Shown piece by piece: positions 1 to 13,047 of a stretch of 64,000 nt of DNA (position 1 is the first letter of the stretch; each line of letters starts with the position of its first letter). The DNA comes from Tubiluchus corallicola (lineage: Eukaryota; Animalia; Priapulida), in assembly GCA_030141605.1 (NCBI GenBank), contig JAQGDQ010000807.1, positions 29,485 through 93,484 of the forward strand, written 5' to 3'. Under the pieces are notes generated by a model. It made no database searches, was not told the DNA's origin, and saw only the letters and a program-made list of their open reading frames with translations. The position numbers and the translations under genes are program-made.

Positions 1-379
1 TGGTTAGTTTCTGACGTAAGCAATAGCTGTGTTCGGTTGCCGTTAATTAAGTTCCTAAGCTAATTATTCAAATATAAGGAACAGTTGTTAACTTTTATAG
101 GCAAGAAAATGTATATTTTTGACAGTAAATTAAAATGAGATTGAGTCTAAAAAATCGTCCGGTCTTTCTTTAACAAAGATCGATTTCAGATGACACTGTT
201 ACCCTTTTACGAACCAAAATGAACGAGTTGCAGTTTGGTCAACCTTTTTGTATAAATTCTATTCGCCGCCCGGGCAAGTTGAGGCACAAAAGTGATATTT
301 TATTAATTTTTACTAACATGTATAGAAAAATGAGAAGGAAAGGCAGGCGTGAATGAACTTTAACAATAAAGATTAAAAG

Positions 380-620
380 ATTATAAAACAAAGAAAGAAA
401 GAGTGAAAGAAAGACAGAAGGAAACAAAGAAAGAACTAAAGAGAGAAAGAAAGAAAAAAGGAAAAGACAAAGGGAAAAGAAAACAAAAACGAATAAAGAG
501 AAGAGAGAGAAACACGAAGGAAGAAGTAAAACAGAAAAAGAAAGAGCAAAGAAGGAAGATGTTAAGAAAAAAAGAAAATAGAGAATGACTGAATGATATG
601 AGGCAGGGAGGAAAAAGACA
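380..620. repeat. Purine-rich (GAAA-like) low-complexity tract
   Basis: Almost pure A/G run; it produces the spurious Phe/Leu- and Lys/Arg-rich ORFs in the track. Confidence 0.85.
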
Positions 621-1124
621 GAAATCACGAAAAAATAATAAAAGGAACCATAATAAACTTGGCGTGTACGAAATTAAAGGGGTCACGTTAACATATACCA
701 GGTAGTGTGTAATGGATTTAATTGATGTTTAACTAGACCTACTAAAGCTAACAAGACCCGTCTATGATGAGGGTGATGATTTTCAAACAGGCCCTATATT
801 TTACTCACTTGACCGTTCACACTACCACTGAACGTTTAGAAGGTATCCACGTTGAAACAGAAGAAAGACTTTGCTTTGTCGAACCTTAAAGTGATTTATT
901 TAAAACAACTTGAAACACAAGGTAAGTTCGTAAGTTTGCATACGACATTTATGCAAGTACGTATACGGGTGATAACTGGCTCGTCATAAGGTATGCGTTT
1001 CATATTCTTATACCAGTGATTTTTGTTATTAAATTTTAAGCTTATAAAAATTTCCAATAGTGCATTTTACCTTTAACAACTATCTCTAGGTGAGAAACAT
1101 TTTTTCAGGACAAATACAGACATA

Positions 1125-4100
1125 ATGTTAGAAAGAACAGCAAAGTTAGTATTCTTCGTGGTGTTCACAACAACTCTGGTAAGTAGACGCAGTTGCTCAT
1201 GTGCAAGGACTGGCTCATTCCTGTAAGTTGATTCTTCTTACATTACATGCATAGCAAACATTAAGCTCAATCCCTATATTTTGTTGAGCATAATATGCCT
1301 CAGTAATACGGTAATGCCTGTAAGTAACTAAGTACTAAGTACTAGGTACTAAGCAGTAAGTACTAAGAATGCCATGATTCTTAACACAAAGCTATGATTA
1401 CATATATGCTCCTCGATACATTTGTGAACTTCTTTTTTTACGTCAAGCATCTTACAGGCTAACATCATCTAAGATCGAACGAAGGACTTTTACTGTACCA
1501 ACCTGTATGTAAACTTAGCATGGTTCAAGACAGTTCTTTTAGGTCTAGTGGCCCAGTCTCTGGAACGCGCTTCCATGTGAAATCGGGTCTTGCGAAAATT
1601 TTGAAAAGTTTAGACACCTTTTAAAGAGGCACTTATTCGTGCAAACATACAACTGAAAACATTTTGGGATTTATAAGCAAATTTAATTTTATTCTTATTA
1701 CTGTGACCGAAATATATGGTCAAAAGGCATTCTGGTGTAGTGTGAACTGTTTTTTTCCTAATGGCTTCACAAATCATTTTATAATAGAATAAGTTTTTTT
1801 CTAGACTTTTATTTTAATTTTACTAATTTTTTGTGAAATCTTGTATTATTTAGCTGTTTTAAATCGTCATTTTAGTAATACTTTTATGTTTTTTCTGTAC
1901 AGCATTCAAGTGCACATTTATATGATTTTACGCCGAACAAAAGTAAATTAACTTGAGCTTAAACTTAACTAATAGCCACTGTAAGGGGGGAGAGATTTAT
2001 GATGGGGATATTGCCATGTTGAGCGCAAGAGAGTATTCTGCCACTTTAATAAAAGTTAGATTTATTATCAATTAAGTTCAACCCGTTTCGCCTATGATCT
2101 TTCTCAATTTAAAGAGCTACATGCGTTTTTTTGTTTATAGATCATTAAATTTTTATAGGAAATGGCTAGGCTACTAAATTTGTACAATGTCAATATTGTT
2201 TAAATTGTCTTGTTGTGTACTATCTCGTGCCATCACTGCATATGATAATCTTATCAATAAATTGGCTTAATTATCTACTTAGACCTTTATATATAATAAT
2301 TAATATATATAATATATTATCATACAGATACATATGCATCTGTGTCTCAAGTTTCTCCCGGCTTATATATATTACTTAATACAATGTATATGTGTATACA
2401 CACACACACATATATACATTGTTTTAAATGATATATAAGCGGGGAGAAACTTGAGATACAGGCGTTTTTACTATAATGGTAACCTAATCGAAAGCGTGCA
2501 AAAATTACTTGGGACTTGATTTCTATGCCTCTGCATCATTTTTCCAAAATCATCAGTTCGTTAACGATAAAGGTAAAAAAATCCTCTTTGGAACTTTGAA
2601 TAAATTACTGTTACATGATCTGGGCACTAGTTTGGCTATAAATATATTTTATTCTACTGTTAGACCTATCATCACTTATGGGTCTGAAATATGGGGGGGC
2701 TTTTGCTTTAAATGTAGAAAAATCACTGGAGAGAAATACTTTTGAAGCTGATTATGATAAGGTAAAAAGCGAACTTACTGTACTGAAATTTTGTAAACGT
2801 ACGCTTGGCATTCATTCTTAACTAGCAATTTTGCTGTTAGGGCAGAGCTTGGTATATACCCAGTTTATATAATTATAATTAAATTAATGATGAAATTCTG
2901 GTTGCATATTTTAGAACTGCCTAAAGATAGCTTAGTATATAATGCTTATTTGATGTGCAAAGAATTAGATATGAATGGCAACTATACCCGGATTACATGC
3001 ATTAGGAAAATATGTAAATTTGGCTTTGCCCATGTATGGGACAACGGATGTACTGTTAGCAAAACAAAGCTAAATAACTCAATCAAAAAGAAATTGTTAG
3101 TAACTATAATAGCTATTTTGTAGATGGATAATAGCCCTAGTTTTAATAAACTAAAAACATATAGACTGCTTAAGTCTGAATATAAACTTAAAAATCATCT
3201 TTCGTTTACTGGTGTTCCTAAAGAACATAAGGAAAATTCCGCGTTAGCCCGCACAGACAGCAAATTGAGGCTGGTCGATAATTATACTAGACCCGAAACT
3301 CCTGTTGAAATGAGAAAATGTACTTTCTGTAAGAATGGGAGCACAAAAGATGAATTTTATTTTAGTATGCAATGTAATGTTTATTGGCAAGAAAGGACTG
3401 CTTTCTTAAGTCAAATATTATATATTTTTCCAGAATTTCCATCCACGTGTGATATCTATAAGTTTAGATTTTTAAACATAAGAGATGTGGAAGTTAAGAA
3501 ATTGTTGGTTAATTATGTGCATTAAATTTCCACTATACGTGATTCTAAATTAAGAGATTAGCGAATTAATTTTGCTGAGAATTAATGCATTAAACCAGCA
3601 CTGTGATATACATGCAGATGTGTTTGTTAATTATTGTATTTTTGCTTTTTACCAACTACGCTTAAAAAGAGCCCTGTTTTGTAGAGACGCGTTCCTGTAT
3701 GCGTTGTTTATTAAGTGTGTGATTTGTTAACTGTACTTGTGTTTATGTTTGTTAAATAAAGCGTTTATATATTACATATATCGTTTTAAGTGATAAATAA
3801 TATAGCTCTAGTTTTTGGCAAAAGTACGCTTAGAATTTCATTGACAGCTAGTTTGCTAACCCATTAGTTTCGTTATAGAGGAGGCGAATGACTTCCCCAT
3901 TCAGAAATCTGCGAGCCAACATGAGCTCATTGCTCAAGAAAATTAACATTAGACAGTAATTTAACATTACAGTTAGACTTTCTAGTACAATATCATTAAG
4001 ATTTAAATGACTTTGATGATAGTTAACAACTTTTCGTTTTTTATATAGTGGACAACAATTACCTCCAAGGGATACGGAAGACATAGTAAAAAAAATCACG

Positions 4101-5592
4101 GTTAGTTTATTTTCCACTTTTACCTAAGTGAAATTTAATTAATAGTTCGAAATCTTCTTTTGGCGACTGAATTTTGAACGCAAACTTACACACGAAATAA
4201 TTCAGAACGGATTAAATTAATGTCTCAAAATAATGCATCTAAGTTAATTGCAAAAAACTGATCTAGTTAGTTAATATTTGCTCTAGCGCCAGCAAGTTAA
4301 CCCTGGAAATTCTGAAATTGTTGCCAAGTTATAAGGAATTTTTAAGGATTGAATTAGCACCTATCACGCCATGATAGCCTGGCGATGATGACGTTCGCTT
4401 TGTAAGCAAAGAACGTTCATGATTCTAATTCAACTGTCTCCCAACTTCTCACAGTTCCATTCTTTCGAGCAAGTTTAATTTCAAAATTATACAACAAAAT
4501 TTATACTATATTGAATGAAGTATTTTAAATAAGGTATTGCTCCCGTCCTCATGGAAAGCCCGTTCCATCCGGGTTTTTCACTACATAGTTGGACAGCATT
4601 TCAGATACCTAAAACGTGTCTCGTTTTAATCCTGTCTGTTTGACAACCAGTCTGCTCTGACCATTATAATGTCTGTAGGATATGGGCTAGACAGTCTAGG
4701 TTTCATATCGTTTGACGGTTACACTCATCATGATGCACGGAAGGAAGGACACGGCAACGGACATGGTAGCGGTTATGCTGGCTACAACAAAGGCCATCAC
4801 GGTGGTTATGGACTTGGACACCTTGGCCACATCTCATTTGATGGCTATGGGCATCGCGGAAATGGACGCAACCACGGAAATGATGGTTATGGTGGAAGCG
4901 ACCACAGTGGTGGATATGGTGGAAATAACCATGCAGGAGCCTATGGTGGAAGTGGCGGTTTCAGTGACGGCCATGGCGGATCTGGCAGCCATTTAGGTGG
5001 CTATGGTGGAGGTGGTCATGGTGGTTATGGTGGAGGTGATCATGGTGGTTACGGTAGTGGCCATGGTGGTTACGGTGGAGGTGATCATGGTGGTTACGGT
5101 AGTGGCCATGGTGGTGGGCATGGTGGTTACGGTGGAGGTGGTCATAGTGGCTATGGGGGAGGTGGTCATGGTGGTTACGGTAGAGGTGATCACGGTGGCT
5201 ATGGTGGAGGCGACCACGGTGCAGGCTATGGTGGATATGGTGTTGACCATGGAAGCTATGGAGCCCATGGAGGGTTTGGTGGTTATGACAATGATTATTC
5301 CGGAGGCTACAAAAAAGGCGGAAATCGGGGTGGCGGATATGGTGGTGGCGCAGGTGGTGGTGGAGGCCATGGTGGAGGCGGAGGTGGTGGTCATGGTGGA
5401 GGGCACGGAGGTGGTGATGGAGGTGGATATGGAGGTGGTAAAGGTGGATTTTTTGGAAAAGGTTTTGGTGGTGGTTTTGGTGGTGGCCACGGAAGTGGCT
5501 ATGGTGGAGGAAGAGGTGGAGGATATGGAAGTGGACATAGTGGAGGAAACACGGGTGGACACGGAAAAGGCGGTTACGATGATTCATACTGA
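1125..5592 (+). CDS. Secreted Gly/His/Tyr-rich low-complexity protein, ~331 aa; coding exons 1125-1178 and 4651-5592
   Basis: ATG at 1125 reads MLERTAKLVFFVVFTTTL, then GTAAGT donor at 1179. Acceptor CAG ends at 4650 and continues in phase 0 as SALTIIMSVGYG, joining the 4669-5592 ORF. The joined N-terminus is hydrophobic, like a signal peptide. The body is GGYGGGDH/GGYGSGH repeats. AATAAA lies at 5613. A probable 5' UTR exon ends at ~921 (GTAAGT), with an acceptor at 1108. Confidence 0.85.
1430..1660 (+). mobile_element. 3' end fragment of a CR1/L2-group LINE ORF2
   Basis: Frameshifted translation ...DSSFRSSGP/SLWNALPCEIGSCENFEKFRHLLKRHLFVQTYN* resembles the 'LWNxLP...FKxxLK' C-terminus of these LINEs. 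Confidence 0.6.
2341..2460. mobile_element. Small foldback/MITE-like element with 30-bp inverted repeats around a TA/CA microsatellite
   Basis: 2341-2370 tgtgtctcaagtttctcccggcttatatat matches the reverse complement of 2431-2460 (tgtatctcaagtttctccccgcttatatat) at 28/30. Confidence 0.7.
2480..3770 (+). mobile_element. Decayed 5'-truncated LINE (post-RT region plus CCHC-like zinc finger) in an intron of the Gly-rich gene
   Basis: ORFs at 2509, 2887 and 3124 give VRPIITYGSEIWG, (A)VRAELGIYP, KLKTY and CTFC..KDEFYF..QC, typical of LINE ORF2 C-termini. They are interrupted by stops and frameshifts. AATAAA at ~3755. Confidence 0.85.
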
Positions 5593-7085
5593 TCAGCAAA
5601 ACATTTTTTGTTAATAAAGTAATATATTTTTATTGTTCTAATGCGTCAATTGCTTTTTTATATTATAATTCACAATAAATGAAAATGACATAAAGATAGA
5701 GATTTGTCAAAACATGTTACTGTTACTTTTGTGATGGGTATATTCTGGATTACATTCTCCACAAAACAATATGAAGATTTGCCACAGACACTAACGCAGT
5801 ATAAACATCACAAAAACACGTTACATAATTGTCCTAGTACAGAGATAAAATGCCAATCTATATGGCAGCGGTAAAGCCACGTGCATTAACTTGATAGAGA
5901 GATCATAAATTACTAGTTAACTAAATAATAAATAACTAATAAATAAATGGCAAAAAAGGTCTGCATCTAATCAACTGAATTAACAGCTCACTTGAACTTT
6001 GTAGCAAACAATTTCACAAGATCGGCATACTAATGCAAAAACAGATAAAATAATGTTTGGTAATTATACTTAGTGATGTGTATAAATCATTAATTAAAAC
6101 TGCATTTTACTAACTAAGAGTGCTAGAGCCCAATCGAATAACCGCTCATAAAAATTAAACTTTAATAGAAAACATAAATGTATCATCTCACAGAGCAGCT
6201 GTATAAATTTAGAAAGTATGATACACATTAAGAGACAACCATTTTACTAAGCTGCTAAATATGATTCCTATAGTGGTAAAACATTAATAGTAAGCCAATA
6301 TGAAGATAATAGTAATACTGGATGTAGGCATCCATTAGCTTTCTCTCACAGTAAAACTTCATTAACCTGCACCACGCATGCAACTACATTCATCACATTT
6401 CTTAATTATTGTAAATCAAAAGATTATTCCAATACTTATGAGTGATATAAACATAACAATGGTGAGCATAAATGTGATATATACGAAAAAGAATTACTAG
6501 AAATCACATGATCAAAAATGTAAAAATGCATCATCGCCAAGACTTATTTAATATAAAATGTTAAGCAGTAAAAACTAAGTGACCACGAAATTTTAAACCG
6601 ACTTGAGTTATGTCAAAAATTAGCACACACAAAAATATGCTCATGTAAGTCAAGGACATACGACTACATATATGCCACCAGCAAATGTAAAAATGTAAAA
6701 CTATGAGACCTTTTCTTTAATTGAATTTAATACCCATGAATTAACATGTACAATTTTACTGTGATTATATTAAGATTTATAATATTGAAAAGTCACTGAT
6801 AGAAGAGATATTAGTTTTAAGACTTTGCCCAATGATTAAATGTTGAAATGTCACCGGTAAACACACATTAATTTTAATACTTGTGCTCACCAATGATTTA
6901 TTGCAAACTTTAATAAGCAAGTAAGAATTAATAACAAATATTGATATAAAAAATCCTCCATTAAAATATATTTCTGTAGACAATAATAGATATTAGCTGT
7001 TGTAAAACACTAAAAAATATAACAAGACTGAATTATTAATGTCACAACAATACTGGCACTGTACGATAAAAAAAGTAAATAGCTA

Positions 7086-8276
7086 CTAAACAGCCGACTG
7101 CTTACTGGAACTGATCTCATACACATTGCTTGGATTAACTCTTCTACTGCTTCGCTTTCCGGGTGTGCTCACTAGTGAAAAGGCAAGACGTCGCGGCAGC
7201 ATTTCTTGGCAAGTTTCACGAAACTTTGCTATTCTCCACGCATACACTAACGGGTTTAAAGCAGCATTAGTATAACTAAGCCATAGCACTGCAGTGTAGC
7301 CTGGAAAATGATCTCGATCTGACCAAATCCAAATGAGATAAGCAAATGAGTAAGGACTCCAGCATACGACATACACAAAAAATAATATAAGAATTGTGGT
7401 AAATGCGCGAGTTTTAAAGTTCATATCAACCTTAAATCGTTGTGTGCAAGAAGTTGTAGGTAACCGTGGCTGGCCTCTGCTTTCTTGTGCTGGCAAATTG
7501 TGAATTTTCACAAAATTTTTTCGCACAGTTCTAATAACTCTTGCATAACAGAAAAGCATTAGCAAAAATGGTATGAAGAATATTATACAGATATGTAAAG
7601 CGATATATAAGTTACTTACAGTGGAATCTCTTATCAAATGGCACTGCAATTGCCCAGGATGAAAGTTGTACTTCGACCAACCAAACAGTGGCGGTAAGCT
7701 TATGGCAAATGCACAACAAAATGATACAAAAATGATAAATTTGACTCGAAACTGGTTCAGTTTTTCCTTTCTCCAAACGATTATCAAGTATCTATCAAAA
7801 CTTATGGTGGAAAATATTACTATAGCTTCTACTATGAGAATTGTGTGCAATAATGCATGAAGTTGGCAAAATTGATCACCAAAAATCCAATCTGTAGTGA
7901 AGACAGTAATCAAAGGAAACAGAAGGCACACAAGTGACAAGATTGCGTGACAAAATGCCATTGTTGCCAGAAGAAGATTTATAGCAGATTTCATGGCTGG
8001 TTTTCTGTAAACAATAACAACAATAATGATATTACCTATTGTACCCACGAAGAATATCAAAGACGCCACAAGCACTGAGAAAACTTTAGCCGCTACAGAA
8101 AGACTCGCAGATTCAGGAATCGTACTGTTAGTGTCAACTGAAATATTCTGATATACTTCAGTTGTAAAATATGATAACACCCGTGAAGGCAAAACAGTAT
8201 CATTTAATATTGTTGACATCGAGCTTAAGTTTGTTGTATGCACTATATTCACAAACGGGTTTGTAGTATTCTCCAT
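7086..8276 (-). CDS. GPR45/63: Class A orphan GPCR, GPR45/GPR63 (PSP24) family; single coding exon, 396 aa from the first ATG
   Basis: Seven hydrophobic segments with KPAMKSAINLLLAT, DRY, DMNFKTRAFTTILILF, CWSP and NPLVY. The C-terminus RRVNPSNVY...QSAV resembles the vertebrate GPR45 end. The first in-frame ATG is at 8276 (MENTT); the track's start at 8573 is a GTG. Confidence 0.9.
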   Translation of the reverse strand: MENTTNPFVNIVHTTNLSSMSTILNDTVLPSRVLSYFTTEVYQNISVDTNSTIPESASLSVAAKVFSVLVASLIFFVGTIGNIIIVVIVYRKPAMKSAINLLLATMAFCHAILSLVCLLFPLITVFTTDWIFGDQFCQLHALLHTILIVEAIVIFSTISFDRYLIIVWRKEKLNQFRVKFIIFVSFCCAFAISLPPLFGWSKYNFHPGQLQCHLIRDSTVSNLYIALHICIIFFIPFLLMLFCYARVIRTVRKNFVKIHNLPAQESRGQPRLPTTSCTQRFKVDMNFKTRAFTTILILFFVYVVCWSPYSFAYLIWIWSDRDHFPGYTAVLWLSYTNAALNPLVYAWRIAKFRETCQEMLPRRLAFSLVSTPGKRSSRRVNPSNVYEISSSKQSAV

Positions 8277-11200
8277 AAATGAATGATTTGATGTTACGTC
8301 ACCGGGCGGATCATAGATGTGCAAGCCTTCTCCACTCGCAGCCTCAAAAACTTCTACACTGATTTTTGGCACAAAAACTTGATGTACTATTTCACTAAAT
8401 GGATTATAATTTACTCGTGCAATAGGCTTACTATTATGGTCGTCTGGTACCGAGCTCGAAGAGTTGTAAAGTGGATCCGAGACTTCTGTGAAGGCAGATA
8501 AAATATGCTTATACGTAACATGTTTGCCTGGAACATAATGGAATAAAATTTCAAATGGTATACAATGATACACAATCCAGTAAATCTACAAACAAATCCA
8601 GCAAAAACTTGTAACTTGCATCACGTTTAAGAAACTGAAACACAAGTTTAGATTTGCTAGTAAAATTACATTTTCTACAAATTACAAGATCACATCTCCA
8701 AACTACAAATATACTTGCAAAAAACTTAAAAATCTTGAGTCAACCACCGCCACAAAAAAATTCCTCGAACAATACTGCATCAAGGTTAATAGTTCATACA
8801 GATTAAACAAACTTCAGAAATGTCTACAAGTACAAGTGTAACAATTCAAATTGTAAATTTTAATATACCTGAAATTTTAGTATCATTCCCAAACCCATCT
8901 TGATCCACTTTGCCAACAGTTTTGAACACAAGCATCATAAGTGAAAAGGATTATGACAACGCATGTTATCCATGCTGACTCATGACGTTCCCTAGCACAG
9001 CACACTAAAAATAAGTAATTAACGTATGATTACCTTCAGAAATCAAATGCACAAGTTGCCAACAGTATAATTATAGTTTGCTAATAATAGTTAACATCAT
9101 TATACCACGCAAAATGCATTCCAGCTTTAATCTAACCTCTCACACCTACTTGCCTTAATTAAATACAGGCCTCATTTACTTAACTGCCTCTCACAATATG
9201 TAACACTCTTATGTCTCACTTTATCAGCTTATTCCAATGTCATAGCTTTTCCAGGGTACCATTTTGTTTCTTTTTTAAACAATCTAATCGTGCTGCTTGT
9301 TCACTTTTCTTTTAATAAATGTTTTTAATATTGAAATGTGGTGTAATGAGTGTGTGGTAAAAATGGCACATATGTTATTTTGAATTTTTGATGTGATTGA
9401 TTTTTATAATAAAACTAGCATGCACTCTGTAGGAAGCAGATCTCTAATCTTATTCATCTGTTTTTGTTGATTCAAAAAATTTAACCCAAAGATAAACAAG
9501 CAAACATACAAAAATCTACATGTATTGGTATTATGTAGACTAGACTAATGCACGAATATTCCGCATAATGTGTTTCAACCTTTTCGCATTAATTTTGGCG
9601 GTGGTAATAGACTAACAAATATATACATACCAAGTCACCTTATAGGGCTATACATATTGATAAGTAAAGGTTATAGACAGTGTTATGAGTTTTACAAGCA
9701 AGATTCTCTTGAAATGGAACCTGGAACTAACTAGTTGTGTGTCCTGGTGGAGATAATAAAAAAAAGTACTAAACAATCCCTCTAAGATCTCCCTGAAGTG
9801 CTTCACCAACATTTTTTGTACTTGGTGTTCGGTCAAGTTTTGCAAAAAAGAACCAGCAACAAGATTCCCATTTTGGCATTCCCTATTCACCTTTGTTTGC
9901 AAAGTGTCTTGGAAATCTGTTAGATACTTTTTGTGTAATAGGCTTACTGCCCTAACAGACAAATAACTGCCCTTACTGCCCTAACAGAAAGAAGCGTTTA
10001 TCCCCCGTTTGCATACGAAAGACAACAGGATTAGATTAAAAAAACTTTTTTTGTTATATAATGCTGAACTTTTAATTTTTTTTCTGATATGAATATGTTT
10101 ATATTGTCAATTGAATACACATGCAACTTCCAATTGTAACAGTTTTATCTCCCTAATTAGCATTGTTAGTGCTTGAACATTTAATAATGTAATAGATTAC
10201 ATAAGTTTTAGGGTACTTGCTTGACGTTAGTTAATATTTATACTGATAAATACCTTTATAAAGAATGTGAATAGCCTATTACTGTGCATGCCCGTTTTAA
10301 TTTTTAATAATTATAAAATGTTTTTTCCTGGAGCTCTGCTGCTTTACATGTAACTCTAAGGAAATTGCACTACAGTGAACCATTGTCTGCATAATGGCAA
10401 AATTATTAGAATTTAATTATTCAGTTAGAACATTTTTTACAAAATGCAAAATTCTAAAAGATTATTTTTGAAGTATCAAAGTGCTTTACTGCATTACTAA
10501 ATGAGTATTCTAAACTCACAGTGAACAATACTTTTTTGACAGGGTCATTGGGTCAAAAACTCTTCAAACAAACACTTTACGTACAACATAATTAAATACA
10601 TAATTACAGCAACAAGTAGTCCTTATGTTGGGGCAATAGGCATTTGAGGCGTTTAAGTGGTCGAAATAGTTCAGTAAGAAGTTTTGTAACTGTTTTTCGG
10701 CATTAAGGAAACAAAATTTAGGTTTTACAAAATTCACAAACAGAAATTATTGCTTTCTAATCAGCGAATTAACTAGTTTTCATGAACTAGCTTTATACAT
10801 TACACATTATAAGTCACGGTCAATTCAAACCTTTAACCCCGAGGAATCTAAGAGAAAGTGAAGTAACTTGATGTTTTAACTAAATATAAAGTGGATTAAT
10901 GTGACAATCGAACGTAATTATACTTATTGCAGCCTTCAGTTAAATGCAAATTTGTAAAATGGCCTTTTTATTTTTGAATAGAAATGATGTATAAAACAAT
11001 ACAAAAATTTAATTGGAATACGGCAGTCATTGATTGTAGTACAACTTTGATAAGCAAAATAATAAAATAACTAATTAATATGGGACCTGGCTCACATAAA
11101 GATGCTTTAAAATGTTTACAACAACAAACAAAATAATGAACCAAGCAAGTAATAGTGGCACGTTATAATATTCATAGCATACCTGGCAACAGGTGCATGT

Positions 11201-12576
11201 AACACTTCAGCAACTCTTATAAATTGGACATACTGCATATCACATAAAGACTAAAAATTTTTGCTACGTTCGGCAAGTCAATAAATCACAACACAAACAA
11301 AAGAAAATTACAGTTAGTAGGTTATCACATTCACAACACTCTACAGAAAAAAATACTGGCTGGTAGGTCATGATATTACAACACTCTAAGAAATTCATAA
11401 CGCACTAAGATTTAAACTCTTGCTAACAGGCCTACTACACATCAAAATACCAAAGTTTTTTGTAACAATAAACAAAATATAAAGCAAACAAACTATTAAT
11501 TGGTAGCTTATGCAACATACAGCACTATATCAAAGCTAACAATCTGCAAGACAATAAAAGGAGGCTAACTAATATTTACAGTGTAACTATTATATCACAA
11601 AGAAAAATGGTACCGAAGACAAACGGTACAGCTACAGGCTGTATAATGCCATATTACCATTTTCATGAAGTGGGCATGTACACCTTTTTAATGGTGTGCA
11701 GGGCACATGGTCAAAAATTGTCGTATGTCGTAAAAATTGTCAAAATCTGTATGTTTTGTAAATGTCACAAAAAGCACGGATCCGTATTTGTTGCAAAAAT
11801 AGCTACGAATATGCATCCGTATTCGGCATCGCAGAAAAGATGAGTATGGATCCGTACCCCTAGCCACTGCCTTTTAATAATTCATGAATGTATGTTTGAT
11901 AATACAATACTGTCATGCAAGCATACTACTAAGCGCTGAGTGACCAGATGAACTACAGTCTTTCTCTACCTCATCTCCTTAGGCAAAGTATTTTGTGAAA
12001 CGAAATATTTTTGATGTCATTGGAGAAAATAAACGTCTTTCTCCACTAATTAACATCATACTCAATTCATTTTCAATTTATTTGTCTTTGTCCCATACGG
12101 CTAGTTTATAGGTAACTTCATACTGAACTTTGTCTGTCTATAGTAGCTGTCTTGAAGACTTTTGGGCCTATTTGCACCTAATTGTAAAATGTAGTGTGTA
12201 ATTATGTAACACCTTTCAATAATATCACTGACCAAAATAGTAATATGCTGCTTACATTTCTTATTTGCATTGTACTTTTACTTTGTATACCTAAGACTTC
12301 AGCTGCCAAATAAAGATTTTATCTATCTGTCTATTTCACGTTGATATAATAATATAAAAAGGTAACTTACGAGGAAAAGTTTCTGTGAATTTATAAAATT
12401 TATAATTGTGTGTACCTAGGTGCTGCTATCTACTAGTGGCATAAAAAATTAAAATCGAAGAAGGACCATAGAGCGTATTATCATTTCCACGAAGAAATAC
12501 TTGTATTAATTAATCCTAAGACTGATCAGTTAACTTTAAATGATCCAATTCCGATTTCTCAGCATCGCATGTACTC

Positions 12577-13047
12577 AGTGAAATAATTAAACCCCAGTTT
12601 AAACAATAGTATTACCTACATAATGTGTGTTTTACAGGACACACAAAGAATAAGAGGACACCCATTTAAACTGCTCAAAACAAGACTGCATGGAAGATGG
12701 AACAAAAAGAAAGATGTATTCTCCCATAGAGTAGTTAACTCCTATAATAACCTGCCTTCTTCTGTAGCCGAGTCTACCAGTTTAGCTCAGTTTAAGGCTC
12801 GTTTGGATAAACACTGGCAAAATCACCCAGAAAAATACATTGATCCTAATAGGCCATCTTGGGAGCAGCAAAGCTTAGCTATGACATGACTAGGGTCCTC
12901 CACTGGTGGTGTCTTCAGAAATTTTTAGTTTTCTTATAGTGCGCTCAGAAAAGTAGAGGGATCAATGGCATAATATTGCTAAATCCGCATCAGTTTTTAT
13001 GGATTATGGATATAATACTATTGTTTAAACTGTGGTTAAACTATCAC
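12577..13047. mobile_element. Inverted-repeat-bounded element (~45-bp imperfect IRs) enclosing a CR1-type LINE 3' end (~12640-12890, +)
   Basis: cagtttaaacaatagtatta at ~12595-12614 recurs as its reverse complement at ~13012-13031. The inner peptide RGHPFKL...FSHRVVNSYNNLP...FKARLDKHW is the classic CR1 ORF2 terminus. Confidence 0.7.

Noticed and set aside
239-686. Phe/Leu-rich and Lys/Arg-rich ORFs
   Set aside because: Artefacts of a purine-rich low-complexity tract.
4712-5614. His-rich, Thr-rich and Val/Met-rich overlapping ORFs
   Set aside because: Shadow frames of the GGN-repeat Gly-rich CDS. Only the Gly frame has a spliced leader and a downstream poly(A) signal.
9648-9962. 104-aa minus-strand ORF as an upstream GPCR exon
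   Set aside because: No in-phase splice link and no recognisable motif; it may be a decayed retroelement fragment.
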